Below are positions 1 through 14,504 of a stretch of DNA of 64,000 nt, piece after piece (the stretch's first letter is position 1; each line of letters starts with the position of its first letter). The DNA is taken from the NCBI GenBank assembly GCA_963822445.1, contig CAWGHO010000002.1, forward strand, positions 1,184,001-1,248,000, read 5' to 3'. Both the position numbers and the translations under genes were made by a program. This DNA is from an uncultured Acidobacteriota bacterium (GTDB taxonomy: Bacteria > Acidobacteriota > Thermoanaerobaculia > Gp7-AA8). Below the pieces are notes generated by a model. It had not been told where the DNA came from, searched no databases, and was given only the letters and a program-made list of their open reading frames with translations.

Positions 1-1473
1 GCGAGACCGATACGGAAGTCGTGGCCCATCTCATCGAAGAGCATCGCAAGAGCGGCGCGTCGTTCGTCGACGCGGTGAAGAAGTCGCTCAAGGAGCTCGA
101 TGGTCACTACGCGCTGGTCATGATCGCCGCCGACGACCCGGGAACGATCATCGCCGCCAAGCAGGGCCCGCCGCTCGTGGTCGGCCTCGGCGAAGGCGAG
201 AACATCGTCGCCTCCGACGTCGCTCCGCTGCTGGCCTACACCCGCAACATCATCTATCTCGAAGACGGCGAGTACGCGATCGCGAGTGACAAGAAAGTCG
301 ACGTCTTCGCGAAGGACGACGCCAAGGTCGAGCGCGAGCCGAAGAAGATCACCTGGGACGCGGTGATGGCCGAGAAGGAAGGCTATCGCCACTACATGCT
401 CAAGGAGATCCACGAGCAACCACGCGCCGTGCGGGACACCTTCAATGGCCGGATGTTCGAGGAATCAGGCGAGATCTTCTTCAACGACCTGCAGTTCACG
501 CCGGACGAGTGGTCGAAGATCAAGAAGATCCACATCGTCGCCTGCGGCACGTCGTGGCATTCGGGCCTGGTCGGCAAGTTCATGCTCGAGAACGCGGCGA
601 GGATCCCGGTCGAGGTCGACTACGGCTCCGAGTACCGCTATCGCGATCCGATCCTCGACGAGTCGACGCTGGTCATCGGCGTCACGCAGTCGGGCGAGAC
701 CGCGGACACGATCGCCGGCATGCAGGAAGCGAAGGCGAAGGGCGCGAAGCTGATCTCGATCTGCAACGTGATCGGCGCGGCCGCGACGCGCATGTCGGAC
801 GGCGTGATCTACACGAATGCGGGGCCGGAGATTGGCGTCGCTTCGACGAAGGCCTTCACCACGCAGCTCACCGCCTTCTATCTGCTGTCGCTCTACATCC
901 GCCAGCTGCGCGGCGACGACAAGGACGACATCCGCTACGCGATGCACGAGCTGTCGACGATTCCGCACAAGATCGAGCACGCTGCTCAAGAAGCAGGAGA
1001 AGCACATCGAGCAGCTCGCCCACAAATATCACCGCGCCCAGGACTTCCTCTTCCTCGGCCGCGGCGTGCACTACCCGATCGCGCTCGAAGGCGCGCTGAA
1101 GCTGAAGGAGATCTCGTACATCCACGCCGAGGGGTATCCGGCCGGGGAGATGAAGCACGGGCCGATCGCACTGATCGACGAGAACATGCCCGTGGTTGCG
1201 ATCGCGACGCACACGCCGGTGTACGACAAGGTCGCCTCGAACCTGCAGGAAGCGAAGGCGCGCGACGGCAAGATGATCGTGATCTGCGACGAAGGCGACG
1301 AGGAGATGAAGAAGTTCGCCGACGACTACATCGAGGTGCCGTGGGCGATCGAGCCGCTACAGCCGATTCTCACGGTCGTGCCGACGCAGCTTCTCGCGTA
1401 CTACATCGCGCTGAGGCGCGGGTGCGACGTAGATCAGCCGAGGAACCTGGCGAAGAGCGTGACGGTGGAGTAG
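1..1473 (+). CDS. glmS: Glutamine--fructose-6-phosphate aminotransferase, 5'-truncated by the window edge, apparent +1 frameshift at ~978
   Basis: ETDTEV at the window start, [28 protein letters not shown]; continues in ORF 817..1473 ([35 protein letters not shown]). Removing the C at 978 joins the frames. Confidence 0.95.
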
Positions 1474-1474
1474 C

Positions 1475-1800
1475 TCAGTTGATGGTTTCGCGCGGTTCCT
1501 CTTCACCCCACGTCGCGAGAAACTGCTCTGCCCAGCGGCGCCAGCGCTTGTCATAGCGCCGGCTTTCTTTCAGCGACCGGTCGAGCTTCTGCTGAATCCC
1601 CGTCACGCGAAGGAACCACCGGCCGACGGCACTTGCGGGGGCAGCAGACGGCGGCTCGATCGCCAGGGCGCGGCGGATCGCCTCGCAGGCCAATTGATTC
1701 TCGCCGTTGCGGGCGTGATGGTCCGCCAGCCGTTGGAGGGCGTCAAGGTTCTCCGGGTCGAGAGATCGCGGCGTCCAACCGCCGCGCCCATCCTGATCGC
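1475..1800 (-). CDS. Possible small TPR-like protein (start uncertain)
   Basis: LDPENLDALQRLADHHARNGENQLACEAIRRALAIEP resembles one TPR unit; fills the gap between glmS and the next gene; no clear start codon. Confidence 0.35.
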
Positions 1801-1854
1801 GCTGATCATGACCTTGGTGAATCTTCGCAATGAGTGATGCTACCTTTCCGCCCA

Positions 1855-2682
1855 ATGAGACAGAACTGGTTGGTCCGCCTCGCAATCACCGTCGTCGCTC
1901 TGCTGCTCGCCGTTCCGGTGTTCTCGCAGGAGACCGCGGGCTATCGCGTCGTCATTCCTGTGGCCGGCAACGCGGCCGGAGCGAACGGAACGTTCTTCAA
2001 GAGCACGGTCACGCTCCTGAACACCGGCTTTCGGGACGGCGTCACGCCACCGCGGTCGCAGCGTGTCCGCGTCGACTTCTACCCGCGCAATGCCAGTGCG
2101 GATCTGGGCGCTCCGATCTTCGTCACCCTCTCCGGCTTTCTGGGCCATTGGGAGAACTTCCTGGCCGACGCCTACAGCCCCGCGCGCGGCGGGCTGGGCG
2201 CGCTGGTGTTCACGGCCGTGGATGACAACGGTGCGCCGCAGACCGATGCACTGCTCTTCGCCGTCTCGCGGATCTTCACCGCGCAAGCCTCGACCACGAA
2301 TTGCGTAAATCCGAACGGCGAGGTGTCCCAGTCTCTCGAGTCGGTTCCGGTTGAGGACATCGCGTCGTTCACACAAAAAGGCTGGATCAACGGCCTCCGT
2401 CACGACTCCCGTTTCCGCACGAACCTCGGCATCGTGAACCACTCCGAATCGGACGAGGAGTTCACGATCACGCTCTATCCATTCAACGGCGGCGAACCGA
2501 TCAGTTACGACGTGAGCGTGCCGGCGAAGGCGCTGATTCACGAGCCGGTGCTCGCAGGGGATTACGGCTCGTCGCTGATCGTCTCAGTCCAGGCGAAACG
2601 GGCCGGCTTCTTCTTCAGCGCGTACGGCAGCACGGTCGACAACAACACCGGCGACGGCTGGACGTTCCGGGCCACGCGGTAG
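1855..2682 (+). CDS. Secreted hypothetical protein, beta-rich domain
   Basis: Signal peptide (LAITVVALLLAVPVFS-Q); motifs IPVAGNAAGANGTFFKS, RTNLGIVN, AYGSTVDNNTGD; -10-like TACCTT upstream of ATG 1855. Confidence 0.8.
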   Translation: MRQNWLVRLAITVVALLLAVPVFSQETAGYRVVIPVAGNAAGANGTFFKSTVTLLNTGFRDGVTPPRSQRVRVDFYPRNASADLGAPIFVTLSGFLGHWENFLADAYSPARGGLGALVFTAVDDNGAPQTDALLFAVSRIFTAQASTTNCVNPNGEVSQSLESVPVEDIASFTQKGWINGLRHDSRFRTNLGIVNHSESDEEFTITLYPFNGGEPISYDVSVPAKALIHEPVLAGDYGSSLIVSVQAKRAGFFFSAYGSTVDNNTGDGWTFRATR

Positions 2683-2698
2683 CTGGCACAATGACCGA

Positions 2699-4057
2699 GT
2701 GATCCTCATCCCCATCGGCCGCGATGACGCAGAGATCCGCCGGCACGCGTGGGTCTCGTACGCGATCATCGCCCTGAACGTGCTGATGTTCATCGCCGTG
2801 GAGACGGCGTCCCGTCCGTCGAAGGTGATGGGCATCCAGCGCGGGTTCTCCGATGCGGTCAGCTACCTCGCCGAGCATCCGTACCTCGAGATTCCGGCGG
2901 CGATGAAGCCGATGGTCAACGACCGGGGGAAGGCGTGGCTCGCCCAGCGGGCGCGCACGATGGAGCAGCGCCCGACTCCGACGATCATCGCCATCGAGCA
3001 GCGAAGGCTCGACGGGATGGTCAACGACGCCATGCGCGCCGTGCGGACGCTGCCTCACATCCGCTTCGGATACGTGCCGTCCGAGGGTGGCGTGTTGCGG
3101 TTGATCACGTCGATGTTCGTCCACGCCGGCCTGATGCACCTCCTCGGCAACCTGCTTTTCTTCTTCGTATCCGGACCGTTCATCGAGGACGTATTCGGGC
3201 GGCCGTTGTTCGCGGCGCTGTACATCAGCGGCGGCATCGCGGCCTCGCTGACCTACGCCGCGCAGCATCCTCGTGGAACCGTTCCGCTGGTCGGCGCGTC
3301 GGGTGCGATCGCGGCGATCATGGGCGCGTATCTGGTCCGCTTTCTCCGGTCGAAGGTCGAGTTCCTGTTCGTCCCGATTCTGCTGCGGCCGCAATGGCAC
3401 TTCCGCTTCTTTCTCCCGGCGTTCGTGGTGCTGCCGCTGTGGTTCGTGCAGCAATGGCTGGAGATGATGAGCGAGGCCGCGGGCGGCGGCGTGGCCTTCT
3501 CCGCGCACGTGGGCGGCTTCGTTTACGGAGTGGCCATCGCGCTGATCGTGAAGCTTTCGGGATTCGAGGAGAAGTACGTCAATCCCGTGGTCGTGAAAGA
3601 GACGACCTGGTCGATGGACGAGCGGACCTTGCACGCCATGGCCAGGTTGCGCGACGCACAGGCGATCGAGGATCCGGCGATGATCGACGCCGCGGCCACG
3701 CAGTTGCTTGCGCGCTACAGCGACGAGAAACAGCCAGACCTGGCCGTCGAGCTGATTCAGGAGATGACCGAGGATCGCAACGCGCGTCTGCCGAAGTTCC
3801 TGCCGCGCGCGGCGGTGTTCGTGGAGCGCAGCGGCAATCGCGATTGGGCTCTGGCCTTGTATCAGCGCGTGTTCGAGAACGATCCGAACGGCGCGAACGC
3901 CGTGCAGTCGCTGGTCAAGATCGGGACGTTGTTGCGCGGCGCCGGCGATGTGCACGGCGCGCGCGAGTCATTCGCGAAAGCGCGCGCCCACCCCGCGTGC
4001 ACGGCGGAGTGGGCGCCGACGATCGACGCGAAGATTCAGCAGCTGAGCGCTAGGTAG
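2699..4057 (+). CDS. Rhomboid family intramembrane serine protease with C-terminal TPR-like region
   Basis: HAGLMHLLGN, catalytic GASG and AHVGG motifs, several TM helices, helical-repeat C-terminus. Confidence 0.9.
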   Translation: MILIPIGRDDAEIRRHAWVSYAIIALNVLMFIAVETASRPSKVMGIQRGFSDAVSYLAEHPYLEIPAAMKPMVNDRGKAWLAQRARTMEQRPTPTIIAIEQRRLDGMVNDAMRAVRTLPHIRFGYVPSEGGVLRLITSMFVHAGLMHLLGNLLFFFVSGPFIEDVFGRPLFAALYISGGIAASLTYAAQHPRGTVPLVGASGAIAAIMGAYLVRFLRSKVEFLFVPILLRPQWHFRFFLPAFVVLPLWFVQQWLEMMSEAAGGGVAFSAHVGGFVYGVAIALIVKLSGFEEKYVNPVVVKETTWSMDERTLHAMARLRDAQAIEDPAMIDAAATQLLARYSDEKQPDLAVELIQEMTEDRNARLPKFLPRAAVFVERSGNRDWALALYQRVFENDPNGANAVQSLVKIGTLLRGAGDVHGARESFAKARAHPACTAEWAPTIDAKIQQLSAR

Positions 4058-4430
4058 TGCGAACGACGGCCGTCTTCGTCGTCAGTCCGCCGAACAGGTA
4101 AATCGCGCCGAAGACGACGTGAATGATGTGGTCCATCGTCCCGAGCTCGAGCTGGCCGGGGATGACGTTCAACATCCGCCCCTCGCCGCTGCCGGCGACG
4201 AATCCGGCCACGCCGAGGAGAAGGTAGACGGCGCCGAAGACGACACAGAACGTCTTTGCGGCCTGAGGTGTGCCCTTCAGCCCCAGCCAAAGCGAGATCG
4301 CGCCGCTGACGAGATGGATGACGTTGTGCGCGAGGGAGAGATGCGCACCGAGAAGACCCGGCATTACGAAACCGGCGACGCCGACCAGGAGGAACACGAT
4401 ACCGAGAATCGTGGCGATTCTGTTGGCCAT
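4050..4430 (-). CDS. Small 4-TM membrane protein (DUF4383-like)
   Basis: Four hydrophobic segments, HNVIHLVSG and DHIIH motifs, RBS AAGGAG. Confidence 0.75.
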   Translation of the reverse strand: MANRIATILGIVFLLVGVAGFVMPGLLGAHLSLAHNVIHLVSGAISLWLGLKGTPQAAKTFCVVFGAVYLLLGVAGFVAGSGEGRMLNVIPGQLELGTMDHIIHVVFGAIYLFGGLTTKTAVVRTT

Positions 4431-4462
4431 GAATAACGCTCCTTATGTTGGTATCGGAGAGT

Positions 4463-5554
4463 CTACTCCCGCGCGATCCAGCCGCCACCGAGACAGAGGT
4501 CGTCCTGATAAAAAACGACTGCCTGTCCCGGAGCCACGCCGCGCAGTTTCTGCGCGAACGCGACGCGGGCGCGGTCCCCATCGAGCGGGGTCACTGTGGC
4601 CTCTACGTCCGCCATGCGCGATCGGACGCGTGCCTGAACCTGAACCGGTCCTGATGGCGGCTCACCGGCAATCCAATGCACGCGCTGCGCAACGAGCTCG
4701 GAGCGCTCGAGCGCGCTCGACGGACCGACTGTGACGCGCTTCGTGAACGGATTCACATCGACGACGTACGTGCGATCCGCGGATCCACCGAGGTCAAGGC
4801 CGCGGCGCTGGCCGATGGTGAAGTGGTAGTAGCCGTCGTGCGTACCAACGACGTTGCCATCGACATCCACGATCTCGCCAGCGTTCTCGCCGGGCTGAAT
4901 GCCGGCCTCGCGCTCGACGATCCTCGCGTAGCCGTCTTTCTCCGGGACGAAGCAGATCTCGTACGACTCTTTCTTGCGCGCCACGGAAAGTCCCGCCTCC
5001 TCGGCGATGTCCCGCACCTGGGGCTTCGTCAACTCCCCCAGCGGAAAAAGCGCCTCGGCCAACTGCGACTGAGAAAGCTCGAACAGGAAGTAGCTCTGGT
5101 CTTTCGCGAGATCGAGGGCCTTGCGAAGCTCGAACGTGCCGCCGTTGTCGATGATCCGCGCGTAGTGGCCGGTGGCGATTTTCTGCGCACCGATGGCCAG
5201 CGCCTTCTGATGAAAGAGGTCGAACTTCACGTGCGTGTTGCACAGCACGCACGGGCTCGGCGTGGTGCCCGCGAGATAGCCCTGCACGAACGGGGTGATC
5301 ACTTTCTCGTGGAAGTTCGCCTCGAGATTCAGCGTGAAGTGGGGAATCTCCAGCCGCCAGGCAACGCGGCGGGCGTCGGCGAGGTCGTCGATCGTGCAGC
5401 AGCCGCCATACGTCGTGTCCGCCGTCGCCGACGAATTGCTGAGGTTGTCGTACATCTGCATTGACAGACCAATGACGTCATGTCCCTGGGACTTGAGGAT
5501 GTACGCGGCCGTCGAGGAGTCGACGCCGCCTGACATGGCGACTGCGATTTTCAT
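4463..5554 (-). CDS. mnmA: tRNA 2-thiouridine(34) synthase
   Basis: SGGVDSS PP-loop, TPSPCVLCN, ATGHYA, KDQSYFL, TIGQRRGL, PGQAVVFY. Confidence 0.97.
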   Translation of the reverse strand: MKIAVAMSGGVDSSTAAYILKSQGHDVIGLSMQMYDNLSNSSATADTTYGGCCTIDDLADARRVAWRLEIPHFTLNLEANFHEKVITPFVQGYLAGTTPSPCVLCNTHVKFDLFHQKALAIGAQKIATGHYARIIDNGGTFELRKALDLAKDQSYFLFELSQSQLAEALFPLGELTKPQVRDIAEEAGLSVARKKESYEICFVPEKDGYARIVEREAGIQPGENAGEIVDVDGNVVGTHDGYYHFTIGQRRGLDLGGSADRTYVVDVNPFTKRVTVGPSSALERSELVAQRVHWIAGEPPSGPVQVQARVRSRMADVEATVTPLDGDRARVAFAQKLRGVAPGQAVVFYQDDLCLGGGWIARE

Positions 5555-5621
5555 GAGTGACGCATAACTGACGTTGCGCTAACTGCCCCAACGACCCACT
5601 TCATGCATAATTCCCGCGGCA

Positions 5622-6017
5622 GTGGCAGTCGCAGACCGCAACTTCAAAGTCCTCGTCGTCGACGACGATCCGAACATCCGGCGCATGATCGTGGCCGCGC
5701 TGAAACGCGATGGCTACGAGTTCCTGGAGGCGCCGAATGGCCGCGAGGCGCTCGACACGATGCGCGCGGAGCACCCGAACGTGGTCGTGCTCGACCTGAT
5801 GATGCCCATCCTCTCAGGGTGGGACGTTCTCCGCGAGCGCGCCGACGACGCAGCCCTGCGCAGCATCCCGGTGATCGTGATCAGCGCCAACCGCGACCCC
5901 GAAGTGGCCACCGCCGTGGCCCAGGGCATCTGCGCATTCCTGCCCAAGCCCTTCGACATCGGCGCCCTCAGCGCGCTGGTGAGAAGCTGCATTCCGCCGG
6001 ATGCGCAGGCGTCGTAA
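5622..6017 (+). CDS. Single-domain response regulator (CheY-like receiver)
   Basis: VLVVDDD, LDLMMP, ISA and KPF motifs. Confidence 0.9.
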   Translation: MAVADRNFKVLVVDDDPNIRRMIVAALKRDGYEFLEAPNGREALDTMRAEHPNVVVLDLMMPILSGWDVLRERADDAALRSIPVIVISANRDPEVATAVAQGICAFLPKPFDIGALSALVRSCIPPDAQAS

Positions 6018-6025
6018 TTCCGAGT

Positions 6026-6112
6026 TTCGGGGTTACGAGGTTTCGGGGTTACGAGGTGAAGAAGCCTCGGCGCGCCTTGCCTCCCTCGTAACCCCGTAAC
6101 CTCGTAACCTAG
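6026..6112. repeat. Inverted array of short tandem repeats (GGTTACGAG / CTCGTAACC) between convergent genes; probable hairpin or terminator
   Basis: gggttacgaggtttcggggttacgagg ... cctcgtaaccccgtaacctcgtaacc seen directly. Confidence 0.7.
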
Positions 6113-6115
6113 CAA

Positions 6116-8386
<2,271 letters not shown>

Positions 8387-8410
8387 TCGCGGGAGTCTAT
8401 CGCGATGGCA

Positions 8411-8566
8411 AAAGGGAGACGACCGGGAGGCCTCCGGCGGGCGGCCACGGGCCGCTGCGTTTGTGTCGCGTGATCACGATTCGCGCAACTAGCGCGGGTG
8501 TCGCGTCAGGCACAACAAGCGCTGCGGCCCGGGGCCGCCCGCCGGAGGCCTCTCGTCGTTCCCTTT
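8411..8566. mobile_element. ~150-bp MITE/REPIN-like element with long terminal inverted repeats (copy 1)
   Basis: Arms gaggcctccggcgggcggccacgggccgc / gcggcccggggccgcccgccggaggcctc; the interior matches copy 2 at 40658-40815 in reverse orientation. Confidence 0.7.
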
Positions 8567-9767
8567 AGCTTGCGCGACGCGCTTTCGCGTCCCGCGGCGC
8601 TTCCACGCGCGAGCCAACAGCGGCGGCGGCCGGAGCCGGACGTCCTCTCCAGCGATCCCACGCCACGGCCACGGCCGGAACGATGAGCAGCGTGGAGTAC
8701 GTACCGCTGATGACGCCGATGGTCAGGATCCAGGAGAAGCCGCGGATCACTTCACCGCCGAAGATCAGCAGCGCGAGCAGCACCAGGAAGACCGTACCGC
8801 TGGTCAGGATCGTGCGCGAGAGGGTCTGGTTCATGGCCAGGTTCAGGTGCTCGGCCAGGCCCATCGGCTTCTTGATCTTGCGGCGGTTCTCGCGGACGCG
8901 GTCATACGTGACGACCGTGTCGTTGATCGAGTAACCGACGATGGTCAGAATCGCGGCGACGACGTTCAGCGAGAACTCCAGGTTCAGGAACAGCAGGAAG
9001 GCCATCGCGATCAGGACGTCGTGGATGATGCAGATCATCGCCGACACGCCGAAGACGAAGTCGAAGCGCATCCAGATGTACGCGCCCATGGCCAGCGACG
9101 ACAGCAGAATGGCCATGATGGCCTTCTTCTGCAGCTCGCTGCCGACCTGCGGACCGACGGTCTCCTGATTGAAGACGTTGAACGCGCCGAGCGTTGCTTT
9201 CTCGTTGAGGACCTTCGCCGAGCCGGTGGAAACGCCCGAGACGCCGGTGGCCTGGCTCATCTGGGTGAAGATGCCCAGCTCCGAGCGCCGTTCGATGATG
9301 CGCTTCGCGAGGTCGCGGTAGTGCGTTGCCGCGGCAGGCTGCGAGCCGCGATTGTCCGGATCGGCCTGCTGGAGAGCGGCCGCGATCTGATCGGCGCCGA
9401 CGTAGTTCAGATCGATCTTGCCCGCGGCGTTCGGATTCAGGGTCTTGTGCAGATCGGTGACGACCGCGCCGGCGTAATCACCTTCGCGGGCCTGCTGCGG
9501 AAGACGGATCAGAACCGCCTTCTGATCGGCGGCACCGTACTGCGCGATGGAGGCCTTGGCGAGCTGCGGATGCTGGCGGAGCTGGTCGAGCGGAACGCCG
9601 TCCCGGAACTTGAGGATGATGTTCGCGCCACCGGCGAAGTCGATGCCGAGGTTGATGCCGCGGGTGAGGAACACGCCGAGACCGGCGAGGATGATCAGCG
9701 TGGAGATGATCACCGCGTGCCAGCGGTACTTGATGAAGTCGTAGTTGGGGTTTTCGAAGATTCGCAT
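8565..9767 (-). CDS. secF: Protein translocase subunit SecF
   Basis: LGIDFAGG, ETVGPQVG, GYSINDTVVTYDRVREN, QTLSRT; tgt-yajC-secD-secF synteny. Confidence 0.96.
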   Translation of the reverse strand: MRIFENPNYDFIKYRWHAVIISTLIILAGLGVFLTRGINLGIDFAGGANIILKFRDGVPLDQLRQHPQLAKASIAQYGAADQKAVLIRLPQQAREGDYAGAVVTDLHKTLNPNAAGKIDLNYVGADQIAAALQQADPDNRGSQPAAATHYRDLAKRIIERRSELGIFTQMSQATGVSGVSTGSAKVLNEKATLGAFNVFNQETVGPQVGSELQKKAIMAILLSSLAMGAYIWMRFDFVFGVSAMICIIHDVLIAMAFLLFLNLEFSLNVVAAILTIVGYSINDTVVTYDRVRENRRKIKKPMGLAEHLNLAMNQTLSRTILTSGTVFLVLLALLIFGGEVIRGFSWILTIGVISGTYSTLLIVPAVAVAWDRWRGRPAPAAAAVGSRVEAPRDAKARRAS

Positions 9768-9794
9768 GGTGGTAGTCCTCAGCCGAAGACGGCG

Positions 9795-11360
9795 TTAGAT
9801 GCTGAGCTCCTTCGGCCGGTCGACCGGCTTGTAGACGATGTCGAAGATCATCCGCGACACGAAGAAGGCCGTGAACACGGACGCGCCGAGACCAATGAGC
9901 AGCGTTACGGCGAAGCCGCGGATCGGGCCCGTGCCGAACTGGTAGAGGAAGAGCGCCGAGATGATCGTGGTCAGGTGGGTGTCGATGATCGTGGCGAAGG
10001 CGCGGGAGAAGCCCTGCTCGATCGACGCGCGGACGGTCTTGCCTTCGCGGAGCTCTTCACGGATGCGCTCGAAGACGAGCACGTTCGAGTCGACGGCCAT
10101 GCCCAGCGTAAGGATGATGCCGGCGATGCCCGGGAGGGTCAGGGCGGCGCCGAAGTAGGCCATCATCCCGAGCAGGATCACCAGGTTGAGCAGGAGCGCA
10201 AGGATCGCGTTCACGCCCGCGCCCTTGTAGTACGCGATGATGGCGATGACCAGCAGCGCGAGGCCGACCGCTGAGGCGAGGAAGCCCTGACGGATCGAGT
10301 CCTTGCCAAGCGACGGGCCGACGGTGCGCTCTTCGAGGGTGGTCAGCGACGCGGGGAGCGAGCCGCTGCGCAGGACCAGCGCAAGATCGGCCGCCTGCTG
10401 CTGCGTGAACTGCCCTTCGATGATGCCTTCGTCGTTGATCTGGCTGTTGATGACCGGCGCGGAGACGACCTTGTTGTCGAGCACGATGGCCATGCGCCGG
10501 TTGATGTTCGCGCCGGTGAGCGAGCCGAACTTCGGCGCGCCTTCCGGAGTCAGCGAGAAGTTAATGACCGGCTCGCCGACCTGCCCCTTCTGCACTCGGG
10601 CGTTCTTCAGATCGCGGCCGCTGACGAGGACGTTCTTGCTGAGCGCGTAATACTCGACGCCCGTCACCCGTCCCATGTTGTCTTCGGCGTTGCCCGGAAG
10701 GATGTCCGTGCCCGCGCGCTGCGCGGGCGTCAGAGACTCGTAGACCCCCTGTGCGGTCGGAGCGGGATTGCCCTCGACGATGCGGAACTGGAGCTGGGCC
10801 GTGGTCTTGATGATGTCCTTCACGCGGGCCGGGTCATCGACGCCGGGCAGCGAGATGGCGATGCGATCCTTCCCCTGCGGGACGATGATCGGCTCGGCGA
10901 CGCCGAGGGCGTTGACGCGGCGGTCGATCGCTTCGACGGCCTGCGCGACCGTGTCGCGGCTGAGCTGCTGCATCGCGTTCGCCTTGAACGTGAAGCGGAG
11001 ATCGGCGCCGGCGCGGCTGACTTCGAAGTTCGGCAGGAAGTCGTTGGCGATGCGCTCGTACTCGGCCGTCCCGACGCCCGTCGGAGGGGTGGCCAGGAAG
11101 GTGCTGTCGTCGACGCGGCGGGTGACCGGCACCGGCACGTTCTGCGCGGTGGCCTGGGTCTTGAGCGAGTTCATGGCCTGATCGACTTCCAGGCGCGAGG
11201 CCTCGTTCGTGTTCACCTGCATCACGAGGTGAATCCCGCCTTTGAGGTCGAGCCCGCGCTTGATCGGCTCAGGGTTGTTCTCCGTCGGAATGATGGCGAC
11301 GGCGAACACCGCCAGCACGCCGAGGATCAACACGATTTTCCAGATGATGTTTCGATTCAT
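9795..11360 (-). CDS. secD: Protein translocase subunit SecD
   Basis: GLDLKGG, RRVNALGVAEP, ERTVGPSLG, LTLPGIAG, AVDSNVLVFERIREE; start set at MNRNII. Confidence 0.96.
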   Translation of the reverse strand: MNRNIIWKIVLILGVLAVFAVAIIPTENNPEPIKRGLDLKGGIHLVMQVNTNEASRLEVDQAMNSLKTQATAQNVPVPVTRRVDDSTFLATPPTGVGTAEYERIANDFLPNFEVSRAGADLRFTFKANAMQQLSRDTVAQAVEAIDRRVNALGVAEPIIVPQGKDRIAISLPGVDDPARVKDIIKTTAQLQFRIVEGNPAPTAQGVYESLTPAQRAGTDILPGNAEDNMGRVTGVEYYALSKNVLVSGRDLKNARVQKGQVGEPVINFSLTPEGAPKFGSLTGANINRRMAIVLDNKVVSAPVINSQINDEGIIEGQFTQQQAADLALVLRSGSLPASLTTLEERTVGPSLGKDSIRQGFLASAVGLALLVIAIIAYYKGAGVNAILALLLNLVILLGMMAYFGAALTLPGIAGIILTLGMAVDSNVLVFERIREELREGKTVRASIEQGFSRAFATIIDTHLTTIISALFLYQFGTGPIRGFAVTLLIGLGASVFTAFFVSRMIFDIVYKPVDRPKELSI

Positions 11361-11376
11361 GGGTTCCCCGTACGAT

Positions 11377-13474
<2,098 letters not shown>

Positions 13475-13508
13475 GCGTTGCCAAACGGTTCGGGCGGGAG
13501 GGTTATTT

Positions 13509-14471
13509 CTAGCGGCGGAGGAGGAAAAGGCAGGCGAACGCGAGGGTCAGGGTGAGGAGGAGGGAGCCAGACCGACCAATGGTGGGGATGTCCATCTCGC
13601 CGTCATGCGACAACCCTGCAACCAGACCGGTGGGGTTGTTGGTATTCCAGACCTCCCGGCGAGACAGCTCTCGGCCGTCGGCCAGGAAAACGCGGAGGAG
13701 ATAACCGCGCGGCCCGTCGCATACCGGCAGCGCAGCGATCCACAGATCACGGCCGTCAGGCGAGACCGCGATCTCATGTGCGAAGACCTCGCCCTCGAGG
13801 TCATACCAATCCAACGATGCGACAAGCCGGATCACCGCGCCCAAGGAGTCGTGAAGAACGACAAGGTTGCCGTGTTCGTACGCGGCGAGAACGTTTCCGT
13901 CGGGAAGAGGCTCGAGATCCGCTGGCTGATCCGCAAGGGGAAAGTCCGGCAGAACCGCTCCCGTACACGCATTGATGCGCCCCACGCCGACCGCTTTCGA
14001 GTAGAACAGGGTACATCCGTCGGGGGAGACTGAGAGAAACCCGAAAAAGAAGTCGAATCCGGGCAGCGGGTAGGTTGCTTGTTTCGTGGCATCGGGCGAG
14101 ATCACCACGATTTGTTGATTGTTCGTGGCAACGAACACCCGCCCGTCGGGGGCAACAGCGATCAGCTCTCCAAAGCCATCCGACGAACTGCTGAAGAATG
14201 CGGTGCGCCATCCACCCGGCCCAATCCGGGCGATGCGCATCGGGTCTCCGGACACCAATGCCAATACGCTCTCGCCATCCGCAGATGCCAGTGACAGCAC
14301 GTCGGTGCCGGACTCAATCCGATCCGGCCTTACCCATTGCACGTGGGGTGGCAGTGGAAACGGCGTGATGTAACAGCCGGCTACGCCGTGGGTCGACAGA
14401 ACGGCTTCGAACGGTTCCTGCCCGGCTGCTATGGAAGCAGTCAGTAGCCACGCGACCAGGGCAGTCCGCAT
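13509..14471 (-). CDS. Secreted beta-propeller-like protein with IPTL-CTERM-type sorting tail
   Basis: Signal peptide, repeated SPDG/APDG blade turns, C-terminal DIPTIG + TM helix + RR. Confidence 0.75.
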   Translation of the reverse strand: MRTALVAWLLTASIAAGQEPFEAVLSTHGVAGCYITPFPLPPHVQWVRPDRIESGTDVLSLASADGESVLALVSGDPMRIARIGPGGWRTAFFSSSSDGFGELIAVAPDGRVFVATNNQQIVVISPDATKQATYPLPGFDFFFGFLSVSPDGCTLFYSKAVGVGRINACTGAVLPDFPLADQPADLEPLPDGNVLAAYEHGNLVVLHDSLGAVIRLVASLDWYDLEGEVFAHEIAVSPDGRDLWIAALPVCDGPRGYLLRVFLADGRELSRREVWNTNNPTGLVAGLSHDGEMDIPTIGRSGSLLLTLTLAFACLFLLRR

Positions 14472-14504
14472 CCTGTGTATACTGCTTCAATCGCGAGGTT
14501 ATTT

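Noticed and set aside
978-1556. Programmed frameshift or extended C-terminus in glmS
   Set aside because: No slippery sequence at the site; a single extra base explains it and similar indels occur elsewhere in the window.
6026-6112. Short repeats as a possible CRISPR array
   Set aside because: Units are 8-9 bp, inverted and without unique spacers; no cas genes in the window.
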